From: Bryobacterales bacterium
GTDB lineage: Bacteria; Acidobacteriota; Terriglobia; Bryobacterales; UBA6623
Length of the DNA stretch: 64,000 nt
Assembly (NCBI GenBank): GCA_965238045.1
Contig: CBDEGU010000010.1
Location: 237,627 to 301,626 of the forward strand
Direction of reading: 5' to 3'
The notes beneath the pieces are model-generated. The model searched no databases, was not told the DNA's origin, and worked only from the letters and a program-made list of their open reading frames with translations. Positions 18,017-25,597 of the stretch are shown here, one piece after another (the stretch's first letter is position 1; every line of letters starts with the position of its first letter). The position numbers and the translations under genes are program-made.

Positions 18017-19597
18017 CTAGGAGCCTGTCCGAGTATTGGTCATTTTCTTCTTTGAGAAAAAACACAAGTGGGCGATAATGGTTTATGGGAAAAACTTACC
18101 GCCCCTACCTTCCCGAGCAAGAACTGCTGCTGCCTCCTAGTTTGCGCGATTGGCTGCCGGAAAGCCACCTCGTCTACTTCGTCAGCGACGTGGTCGATCA
18201 ACTGGATTTGTCGGCGATCGAGAAGGTCTATGAAAAGGAGTGGCGCGGCCAGCCGCCTTACCATCCGCGGCTGATGGTGAAGCTGCTGCTCTACGGCTAC
18301 TGCCTGGGGGTGCGTTCCTCGCGCAAGATCGCCGAGCGTCTGGTCGAGGACGTGCCTTTTCGGGTGTTGGCGGCCGGCAATCAGCCCGACTTCCGCACGA
18401 TTTCCGACTTTCGCAAGATCCACCTGGAAGCGCTGCACCAGCTGTTCGAGCAGGTGTTGCGGCTGGCGCTGGAAGCCGGGGCGATGAAGCTGGGTCGGGT
18501 GGCGCTGGACGGCACGAAGATGAAAGCCAACGCCTCCAAGCACAAGGCCATGAGTTGGGGGCGGATGAAGCAAACCGAGCAGCAGATTGCCGCCGAGGTC
18601 CAACAGATGCTGACCGAAGCGGAGAGGGCCGATGCCGCCGAGGACGCCCGCTACGGGCCTGAGCAGACGGGCCAGGAGCTGCCCGAGGAGTTGCAGCGCC
18701 GCCAGACGCGGCTGGAAAAGATTCGGCAAGCCCAGAGAGCCCTAAAACAAAGGGCGCGCGACAAAGCGGCCGCCCAAGACCACTCAGCCGACGACGTCCG
18801 CAAAGCGAAGCCGCGCGACAAGGATCAGTACAACTTCAGCGATCCGGAATCGCGCATCATGAAAGGCGGCGACGGGTTCTTGCAGGCCTACAACGCGCAG
18901 GCGGCGGTGGAGGGGGTCTGTCAGTTGATCGTGGGGCAGACGGTGACGCAGGCGGCGAACGACAAACAACAACTGCAGCCGCTGCTCGAAGCGGTCGAGC
19001 AGCAGGCGGGGCAGCGGCCACAACAAGTGTTGGCCGACAGCGGCTATTGTTCGGAGCAGAATCTGCAATCTTTGGAATCGGCCGCCGCGCCGGAGAACAA
19101 GATTGAGGCTTACATCGCCACGAAGAAAGACAAGCACGGGGAGCGGCCACCGCCAGCGAAGCGCGGACCCTTGCGGCGGGGAGCAACGCGGCTGGAGCGG
19201 ATGAAACGCAAATTGCAGACGCGGGCTGGAGCGAAGGTTTACGCCCAACGCAAGGGGATCGTCGAGCCGGTGTTTGGTCAGATCAAACAGGGGCGCGGGA
19301 TGCGAGGGTTTCTCTTGCGCGGGTTGGAGAAGGTGCGCGGCGAATGGGCGTTGATTTGCCTGACGCACAACATATTGAAGATGCACACCCTCTGCCATGG
19401 ATAGCAAGAAGGAAATGCGGTTCGAAGAGTTCGCGGAGGCTTCTGCGGGGCGCGAGAAACTGCTGCCAGGCGGTGTTTGTCCATCCCGCCCGACTTCGAC
19501 CGCCCGAGCCCTGCCTTTGCCGAACGAGTAAATCTCCCGCCGGAAATTCAACCCAGCACCAAAACCGTGCCAAGCTGATACTCGGACGGACTCCTAG
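18017..19597 (+). mobile_element. IS1182/IS5-like insertion sequence (about 1,581 bp), no evident target duplication
   Basis: IRs ctaggagcctgtccgagtat (18017..18036) and the reverse complement of 19578..19597 (ctaggagtccgtccgagtat) match 18/20. Confidence 0.8.
18085..19404 (+). CDS. IS1182-family (IS5-like, DUF772 N-terminus) DDE transposase
   Basis: 439 aa. YHPRLMVKLLLYGYCLGVRSSRKIAE...ALDGTKMKANAS...LADSGY typical of this transposase group. Confidence 0.9.
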   Translation: MGKTYRPYLPEQELLLPPSLRDWLPESHLVYFVSDVVDQLDLSAIEKVYEKEWRGQPPYHPRLMVKLLLYGYCLGVRSSRKIAERLVEDVPFRVLAAGNQPDFRTISDFRKIHLEALHQLFEQVLRLALEAGAMKLGRVALDGTKMKANASKHKAMSWGRMKQTEQQIAAEVQQMLTEAERADAAEDARYGPEQTGQELPEELQRRQTRLEKIRQAQRALKQRARDKAAAQDHSADDVRKAKPRDKDQYNFSDPESRIMKGGDGFLQAYNAQAAVEGVCQLIVGQTVTQAANDKQQLQPLLEAVEQQAGQRPQQVLADSGYCSEQNLQSLESAAAPENKIEAYIATKKDKHGERPPPAKRGPLRRGATRLERMKRKLQTRAGAKVYAQRKGIVEPVFGQIKQGRGMRGFLLRGLEKVRGEWALICLTHNILKMHTLCHG

Positions 19598-19666
19598 GCG
19601 ACCCGGCGCTCCCAGTAGGCGGATCGAGCGATGTTCGTTTCGCGTGCCCTTGGCTTTGGCGTTCAT
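19598..19666 (-). pseudogene. 23-codon 5' fragment of a small gene (Hjc-type resolvase-like N-terminus) cut by the IS1182-like element
   Basis: ATG at 19666. MNAKAKGTRNEHRSIRLLGAPGR resembles the KGxxxER..xxLL..G N-terminus of Hjc-like nucleases. The reading frame runs straight into the IS end at 19597. Confidence 0.3.
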
Positions 19667-19674
19667 GATGAGCG

Positions 19675-20088
19675 CTACATGTCTCGGTTGCCCTTGTCGC
19701 CGATGTTGAGCGTGAACTTGAAGTCCTTCTCCGGGGCGTCCTCAGGCCGCTCAGAGTAACCGCGCGATTTGCCCCTCGTCTTCAGGAAAAAGATGATCGC
19801 CGTCAGGTTGCCATCTTCAATCGCGGCCATCAGCTTCGACTCCGCGAAGTCCAGCGCGCTCTCGCGCGCCTCGGACAGCACCTCATCGAGATCCGGGTAG
19901 CGCTTGAGATATTCGTACACCGTTTTCCGGGAGCACGACAAGCTCCTGGCCGCCGTCTCGATCACGCCGTAGGCTTCCGTGAGCGCCTGCGCTACACGGG
20001 CCTCGGTGAACTTGGTTTGCCGACGATCCTTTTTTTGGTAGTGTCTCAGTTTGAATCCAGCAGCCCAATAATTTCTTCGAGCGACCAA
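19675..20088 (-). CDS. terminase small subunit-like HTH protein, 5' end replaced by read-through from the IS1-like element
   Basis: HTH (TAARSLSCSRKTVYEYLKRY) plus LTAIIFFLKTRGKSRGY, as in phage TerS-type proteins. Codons upstream of 20036 lie in the IS inverted repeat. The native SD and GTG sit at 23106..23121 (see findings). Confidence 0.55.
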   Translation of the reverse strand: MVARRNYWAAGFKLRHYQKKDRRQTKFTEARVAQALTEAYGVIETAARSLSCSRKTVYEYLKRYPDLDEVLSEARESALDFAESKLMAAIEDGNLTAIIFFLKTRGKSRGYSERPEDAPEKDFKFTLNIGDKGNRDM

Positions 20089-20879
20089 ACGTGATGCGAA
20101 ACGCCCGCCTCCATCGCCGGAGTCACACGCAGGCTCTTGTGAATCCTCGCGAAGTTGTAGTACATGAAATGAATCGCGACCGCGTGAGCATGGTTCTGGA
20201 TCTTCTTTGAGAATCCGTTGCTCAGGCGCGTGAAGCGGCGCATCGACATTCGCATCGTCAGGTTTTGGCGCTCGATGTAGCTGGTCGAGACGTGTTCCGG
20301 GTCAGGGTTGCCGATCTTCACTTCCCGCTTCGTTCCGTTGACCTTAGGCGGACTGTAGCGCGTCTCCGGCTCGCTTTCGTCCCTTCCGTAGATCTTCTGG
20401 AGCATCGCATAATCGATGTTGCTGCGAAACGCCTCATCGACTGCATCCAGGTAGACCCTGTGGCCGTCGGTGGTGAGTTGCACGCGCTCCGCAAGGCGCG
20501 GGGCTAGGTCCTGCATGAACTCCCACGCGCTGCCCGCGCCACGGTCACCGGTGAACCACGTCGGAATCAGCTTCGTGTCGGCACAAATAGCCGTCCACGT
20601 CCAGACATCACCGAATCCGAACTGGCCGCGCTTGTCCTCAGGGACGTTCTTTTGCTTCGCGTAGCAGAACGACCAAATTTCGTCACACTGAATCCGCTTG
20701 CAGGGCAGGTTTTGCATGACCTCATCCTGATACTTGGCGCAAACGACACCGAGGTCCACAAGCAGCTTCGTGACCGTGTTGATGGAGCAGCCCACCATCC
20801 GGGTCGTCGCCCGCAGGCTACAACCTTCTACGAGGGCTGATACGATCTGGACGCGCTTGGCTGTAGGCAGATTATTCAT
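20046..20879 (-). CDS. IS1-family transposase
   Basis: Start taken at MNNLPTAKRVQIV (ATG at 20879; the track ORF begins at 20930). HTH N-terminus, then DEIWSFCYAKQKN and YIERQNLTMRMSMRRFTRLSNGFSKK, both IS1 InsB-like. Confidence 0.85.
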   Translation of the reverse strand: MNNLPTAKRVQIVSALVEGCSLRATTRMVGCSINTVTKLLVDLGVVCAKYQDEVMQNLPCKRIQCDEIWSFCYAKQKNVPEDKRGQFGFGDVWTWTAICADTKLIPTWFTGDRGAGSAWEFMQDLAPRLAERVQLTTDGHRVYLDAVDEAFRSNIDYAMLQKIYGRDESEPETRYSPPKVNGTKREVKIGNPDPEHVSTSYIERQNLTMRMSMRRFTRLSNGFSKKIQNHAHAVAIHFMYYNFARIHKSLRVTPAMEAGVSHHVWSLEEIIGLLDSN

Positions 20880-21023
20880 ACTGACTATTATGCTTGAGAA
20901 GGACAACAGTGTCAAGATCTTTTTTTTCATACGGTTAGAGAATAAACTTCTTGTTTTTCAACCTCGGATGATGTATCATATCAGGAAGAGAAGACGGCGT
21001 TGGCGTTGGAGAACTAAAACACG

Positions 21024-21686
21024 ATGCAACCATACAGAGTGTACTCTGAAACCATTGAGGCGGCTGGAGAACTTGCAGGACTGGGTCTGACGGAACAGAT
21101 CTTGCTCGATGCTGTGACGGCTGGCCATGAAGCGGCTGCGGCCTCGACTCGGCACCACCCCGCCTCTCATTCAGGATTCGTTATGTGGTCAGAAACGACC
21201 AAGGCGCTCCGGGACCTTCTCACTCCCAAAGGTTGGGAAGCGGAGAACGTAAAGGGTCAACCTCTTGTGGTGAGTCCCGATGCGGCGGTCGCTATCACTG
21301 TTTCCGGTGGCAACGAAGCAACGGGATGCAAGGGGCGGCGGCCCAAGTCAAGTTGTACGAAGGGCTCAGTCACGGTCAACGCCGTTGCGTCCAACGTTCG
21401 GTGGATTCTGCCGGAACTAGAGCAGGCCGAGGTCAAACGCCTCCAGCGTCTAGACAAGCGGGATACCTGGATCTTGCTGGTCCACAGAGATGATCTAGTT
21501 GGCAAGACCCGTAGTGAGTTATCCCGACCCACACAAACCGATGGCAACGGTCGCATCGCGGACTGGTCCGACCGAATACTCCTTCCCGCGATTGATTACG
21601 GCGATACACCGACAGCCGTTGCCCGAGGCGGTAACGAGCCGAACCAGACCGGTGAAATCCGCGTTGAGATCAAGCGTAAGGCTTGA
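21024..21686 (+). CDS. hypothetical protein (passenger gene 1, unknown fold)
   Basis: 220-aa ORF. GGAGA 11 nt upstream. Candidate TTGTTT-17-TATCAT promoter at 20951..20979. Stop is 13 nt before the next start. Confidence 0.6.
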   Translation: MQPYRVYSETIEAAGELAGLGLTEQILLDAVTAGHEAAAASTRHHPASHSGFVMWSETTKALRDLLTPKGWEAENVKGQPLVVSPDAAVAITVSGGNEATGCKGRRPKSSCTKGSVTVNAVASNVRWILPELEQAEVKRLQRLDKRDTWILLVHRDDLVGKTRSELSRPTQTDGNGRIADWSDRILLPAIDYGDTPTAVARGGNEPNQTGEIRVEIKRKA

Positions 21687-21699
21687 AGGGGTACGTCCA

Positions 21700-22788
21700 A
21701 TGTTCAATCCACGACGGCTCTCACTCGCCCGAGAGCGCCGAGGTTTTACTAAGACTGAACTCGCGAGACGGCTAAAGGTATCCACGAGGACTGTGACGGC
21801 GTGGGAATCAGGAGAGTTCACTCCTTCAGCGACCGTTCTGAGGCGGTTATCTGGCGTGCTCGACTTTCCGGTCGAGTTCTTTGCCGGTGAGCATTTGGAA
21901 ACCATCGCAACGGACACGGTCAGTTTCCGCTCGATGACGAAGATGACAGCGGCACAACGAGGCATGGCATTAGCGCAGGGTTGCTTGGCCGTCCACCTTG
22001 CTAAATGGCTCGATGAACGTTTTGAGTTACCAACATCATCTATCCCCGACCTTAGTCACGAAAGAGACGCTGAAGCTGCTGCTGAGACGCTTAGACAGTC
22101 TTGGGGCCTCGAACAGCTTTGTATCCAGAACATGATTCACTTTCTGGAGGCGAAGGGTGTACGGGTTTTCTCGCTCGGCATCCAGAGCAGGGAGGTTGAT
22201 GCCTTCTCGACTTGGAAAGGCGAAACTCCCTTTGTCTTCTTGAACAGCTTCAAGTCCAGTGAGCACGGTCGTTTCGATGCAGCCCATGAGTTAGGCCACT
22301 TGGTGCTCCATAGGCATGCCGGTCCCAGCGGCCACGAAGCCGAGCGCCAAGCGAACAGATTCGCGGCTGCATTCCTCATGCCGCGAGGTGATGTCCTAGC
22401 GGAAGCGCCGCGAAGGGTCACGATCAACGGGCTAATTGGTCTGAAGTCTCGCTGGATTGTCTCACTCAGTGCTTTAACTCGCAGACTTCACGAAGTAGGC
22501 ATCCTTAGCGACTGGCAGTATAGGAGCGCGTGTGTCGAGATCTCCAAGCGTGGCTATCGCACTCACGAGCCGCATGAGGCAGTTCGCGAACGCTCACTAG
22601 TCTTATCGGAGATGCTTAGCTATCTTTATCGAGAGGAGGGGGTGACGCGGGCAGCCATTGCCCGCGATCTCGCTATCAGTGTTCAGGAGTTAGAGGAAGC
22701 CCTTTTCGGGTTGGTGCTAACCGTTGTTTCTGGTGGGAGGCGGGGCGCACCAAGGGGACCAACACCAAGACTGGCTAGAGTCAAGTAA
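21700..22788 (+). CDS. XRE-type HTH fused to ImmA/IrrE family zinc metallopeptidase (passenger gene 2)
   Basis: Start at ATG 21700 (MFNPRRLSLARERRGFTKTELARRLKVSTRTVTAWESG). HEXXH motif HELGHLVLH. The track ORF start at 21499 overlaps the upstream gene and is unlikely. Confidence 0.85.
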   Translation: MFNPRRLSLARERRGFTKTELARRLKVSTRTVTAWESGEFTPSATVLRRLSGVLDFPVEFFAGEHLETIATDTVSFRSMTKMTAAQRGMALAQGCLAVHLAKWLDERFELPTSSIPDLSHERDAEAAAETLRQSWGLEQLCIQNMIHFLEAKGVRVFSLGIQSREVDAFSTWKGETPFVFLNSFKSSEHGRFDAAHELGHLVLHRHAGPSGHEAERQANRFAAAFLMPRGDVLAEAPRRVTINGLIGLKSRWIVSLSALTRRLHEVGILSDWQYRSACVEISKRGYRTHEPHEAVRERSLVLSEMLSYLYREEGVTRAAIARDLAISVQELEEALFGLVLTVVSGGRRGAPRGPTPRLARVK

Positions 22789-23026
22789 GCCAACGCTTCT
22801 CTGCAGCCTTCTTAGCGATCTTCCGACGCTCTTCGGCTGTCAGTTTGTTCGCGCGCGCCTTTCCGCCTTTCTGTCCACCGAGGCGACCACGGGCAACAGC
22901 TCTAGGGTCCTTGCCCTCGTTATCAGGCTCGTCCGCAACTTCACCCGCCGCGATATCAACGATCAGCTTGGCGCGTTCGTTTATGTCCCGTGGGCGCTTG
23001 GGCTTGCCGGGTCGGTTCGCCATCAC
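22781..23026 (-). CDS. small basic protein (passenger gene 3), GGKARA...KAAxKRW C-terminus
   Basis: 81-aa ORF converging on the ImmA-like gene with 8 nt of overlap. Lys/Arg-rich. No assignable family. Confidence 0.5.
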   Translation of the reverse strand: MMANRPGKPKRPRDINERAKLIVDIAAGEVADEPDNEGKDPRAVARGRLGGQKGGKARANKLTAEERRKIAKKAAEKRWLT

Positions 23027-23105
23027 CCATCATTGTTGCACGTCGGAGCCGACCGGCCCAGCGCTACTGGATTCAAACTGCGACACTACCCTTTTTTTTA
23101 GCTGT

Positions 23106-23121
23106 CACTTCTGTTACCTCC
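23106..23121 (-). promoter_or_regulatory. orphaned Shine-Dalgarno (GGAGGT) plus GTG start of the terS-like gene
   Basis: The minus strand reads GGAGGT-aacagaa-GTG ACA GCT A.., immediately outside the right IS inverted repeat and TSD. It is in frame with 20028 downward after in-silico excision. Confidence 0.5.
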
Positions 23122-23323
23122 AATGTGCTGTGTCCAGCGTGCGCGGGTGGCCATGCTGGCGCTCTGACTGCGTTCGGCAGGGGTGAGCCTCGCGGCTGTG
23201 GCAAGCCCGCCGATGCGTCCCGCGATCTGTCTTGAGACTCTCATGGTTCTGCCGGCACAGGATCGCGCTGCGGCGATGTATGGCCGCCTTCCAGCAATTT
23301 GATCCTCCCCCTTAGATAGTCAC

Positions 23324-24151
23324 TTACAGGCCCCGAAGAGCATTCACAAGCTGCTCTTTCTCCTGGTGTTCCTTTTCTTTGACTTGACTCAAAGCCCCCA
23401 AATCAAGCCGTGACTCCACCTCTTGTCTCAGCCGATCGGTCAGAACATCCATCGGCAACGCATCTAGCTCGACCGAGATGTCACCATATCGCGCAACGAA
23501 TGCCGCACTGCGGGTGTCCTTCTTCTTGGTGAAGTCTGTGGGTAGCTTGTATCTGCCAACGTCGTCAAACGTCAGGGCGCATTTGACGATTGGCGGGCGA
23601 CACTCGAAGAAGTCCAAACGCTCCTGAAGACTCCGCACCATGTCTTCTCCGCTCGGGTCGAAGTCCCCGAAGTAGAGTACAGATACTGGCTTCCGGCAGG
23701 CCATGAACCGGCGAGCAGCGTTCCGAATCGAGTCCCAGCCGTCAAATCCGCGACCAACGTTCAACGTCACGCCATATTCTTCAAGCACGTCTTCAAAGAT
23801 GCCCGAGAGCGCATCTTTCTCCAACCATGCCTCAATGTACGCGGGCTGAGTGCTCCACACATTCCGCCGGTACGCTGATCTCACAGTTTCCGCGAAGTCA
23901 CCCAGCCCATCCCACATTGAGACGGCGCGGGGACGACGAAGCCGGTCTTCAATCCACGCCCACGGAATCACTCCTTCTTGGCGGGCGTTCACAAGCGCCT
24001 TGCTGAGCGCTTGATATCGTCCCCGGTTGTTTTCTAGGACTTGTCTAGAAACAAGCTGGTAGTAGACTTGGCGTACTGTCATGGGGTGGTGCTCTGTCAG
24101 CACGAGCCTAGCCTCTTCGATCAAGCGGATCGTTTTGGCGTGCCTACTCAT
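23324..24151 (-). CDS. Spo11/Topo VI subunit A-like protein (5Y-CAP + Toprim), short MGE-type
   Basis: Start at ATG 24151 (MSRHAKTIRL). TVRQVYYQLV (RxxYY catalytic-Tyr motif), WLEKDAL (Toprim Glu) and LYFGDFDPSGEDM (DxD). Confidence 0.75.
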   Translation of the reverse strand: MSRHAKTIRLIEEARLVLTEHHPMTVRQVYYQLVSRQVLENNRGRYQALSKALVNARQEGVIPWAWIEDRLRRPRAVSMWDGLGDFAETVRSAYRRNVWSTQPAYIEAWLEKDALSGIFEDVLEEYGVTLNVGRGFDGWDSIRNAARRFMACRKPVSVLYFGDFDPSGEDMVRSLQERLDFFECRPPIVKCALTFDDVGRYKLPTDFTKKKDTRSAAFVARYGDISVELDALPMDVLTDRLRQEVESRLDLGALSQVKEKEHQEKEQLVNALRGL

Positions 24152-24251
24152 CAGTCGGTTTTCCCCTGCGTCGCTGGCTCTGCCTTCTCGGCGCGCTTGT
24201 TGCGCACACCACCTGCCGGGGGTGTGTCTAAAATGCCACACTCTACAGTCA

Positions 24252-24968
24252 TCAGCTAGCCTCGAAACCGAACCGCGTCCAGGTGAGCGTGAAACTTCGC
24301 TCCTGGGCCGCGCGGTTCTTGAACTGGCGAATACAGATAGTGCGATCGGCCACCCGGTCAATTCGGCACGCGATATCCGGGGCCGCCTCGATTTCCGTCG
24401 CGCCCCGGAAGTTCTTCTCCGATCCCTTCCCGGTGTGGTGGAGCACAACAACCGTTGCGCCATTGCGAGCGAGAGCAACGAAGCTGTCCATCACCCGCGC
24501 CATTTCCGTGTTGTCGTTTTCGTTGCCGTGGTGAAACCGGATCAAGCTATCGAAGATCAGCAGGGGCCTGACGGCTTCCGCGTAGTCGAGCAGTTCCTTC
24601 GCCCCGATACCGACGAACGGGAGGGCGCACCAGCGCCCCCAATACCTGAGCTTCGGCGTGTCGGGAATACCGAGAATCTCCCGCCGATGGGCGATGAGGT
24701 TAGGGCCGTTCTCTTGGTCGACATAGAGCACTTCACGGGCCGCGCTGCCGCCCATCTGGGCAAAGGCCTGCCCGAGCGCTACGGCGCGTGCTAGGTCTAG
24801 CGCCAGCCAGCTCTTGTACGTTCCCGGTTTCCCCACGAACAGCACGAAGGACCCCACCGGAATGAACTCCTCAATGAGCCAGCTCACCGGCTCGTACTTG
24901 ATATCCGCGAGCGTGGGAATGCGGGACCACCACGGGAGCGACGTGAAGGCATGGCGGCCGGTCTTCAT
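24252..24968 (-). CDS. RecA-fold AAA ATPase (RepA/AAA_25-like replicative helicase-type)
   Basis: 238 aa. Walker A GKPGTYKS, Walker B LLIFDSL. 4-nt overlap with the upstream gene. Confidence 0.8.
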   Translation of the reverse strand: MKTGRHAFTSLPWWSRIPTLADIKYEPVSWLIEEFIPVGSFVLFVGKPGTYKSWLALDLARAVALGQAFAQMGGSAAREVLYVDQENGPNLIAHRREILGIPDTPKLRYWGRWCALPFVGIGAKELLDYAEAVRPLLIFDSLIRFHHGNENDNTEMARVMDSFVALARNGATVVVLHHTGKGSEKNFRGATEIEAAPDIACRIDRVADRTICIRQFKNRAAQERSFTLTWTRFGFEAS

Positions 24969-25597
24969 AGCCCTTGAACCTCCGCCCGGAAATCATGGTC
25001 GCCGTAAAGCCCCCGCAAGAACGGCTCGATCGCGAAGGACGGGTCCGCGTGGAGCTTCACCAGTTGCTCGTCGATAAGCGCCATCCCAACATGGGCACTG
25101 GTTATCGCCGCGTGAACGGCATCTACCTTCGCCCGGTCGATATCGTCGGAGTTGAAGAACTCTTCGAGAAAGGCCAGGTTCGCCGTTTGCTGATCGCCGA
25201 GAAATTGCCAGTCCGCAAATAGCCGCGCTTTTTTCAGAGCCAGCCAACGATCGAAAGACCGTACCTCCGCGTCGCTCAGCTTCGCCGCCAACGACGGCGC
25301 TTCGTAGGCGTCGTGACTGTCAAACGGAACACCGGCGATGCCCGCGAGACGGCGGAGCGCGCCGCGAAAGCTGAGCCCCTCGGCTAGTTCGAGAAACGAG
25401 ATGACATCGCCGCCCTTCCCGCAACCGAAGCAATGCCACAAGCCCAATTCGTTGACACTGAAGCTCGGGGTCTTCTCGTTGTGGAAGGGGCACAGGCCCG
25501 CGTGCCGCTTGCCGACCTTGCGCAACCGGACGTATCGGCCGACTACTTCAACGGGACTCACCGCTGCCTTCAACTCGTGTGCTGAGATCATTCCCAA
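24965..25597 (-). CDS. DnaG-type CHC2 zinc-finger protein (primase N-terminal domain only)
   Basis: 210 aa. CPFHNEKTPSFSV...WHCFGCGKGGDVISF. No Toprim/RNA-polymerase domain is recognisable after the finger. Confidence 0.8.
   Translation of the reverse strand: MGMISAHELKAAVSPVEVVGRYVRLRKVGKRHAGLCPFHNEKTPSFSVNELGLWHCFGCGKGGDVISFLELAEGLSFRGALRRLAGIAGVPFDSHDAYEAPSLAAKLSDAEVRSFDRWLALKKARLFADWQFLGDQQTANLAFLEEFFNSDDIDRAKVDAVHAAITSAHVGMALIDEQLVKLHADPSFAIEPFLRGLYGDHDFRAEVQGL

Larger units (their letters stand above)
20037..23090 (-). mobile_element. IS1-family element carrying three passenger genes (3,054 bp) with 8-bp target-site duplication
   Basis: IRs ggtagtgtctcagtttgaatccag (20037..20060) and the reverse complement of 23067..23090 match 23/24. 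Direct repeat cttttttt at 20029..20036 and 23091..23098. Confidence 0.75.

Noticed and set aside
19283-19666. 127-aa minus-strand ORF
   Set aside because: It is chimeric. Only the first 23 codons lie outside the IS1182-like element; the rest reads antisense through the IS end and the transposase 3' region.
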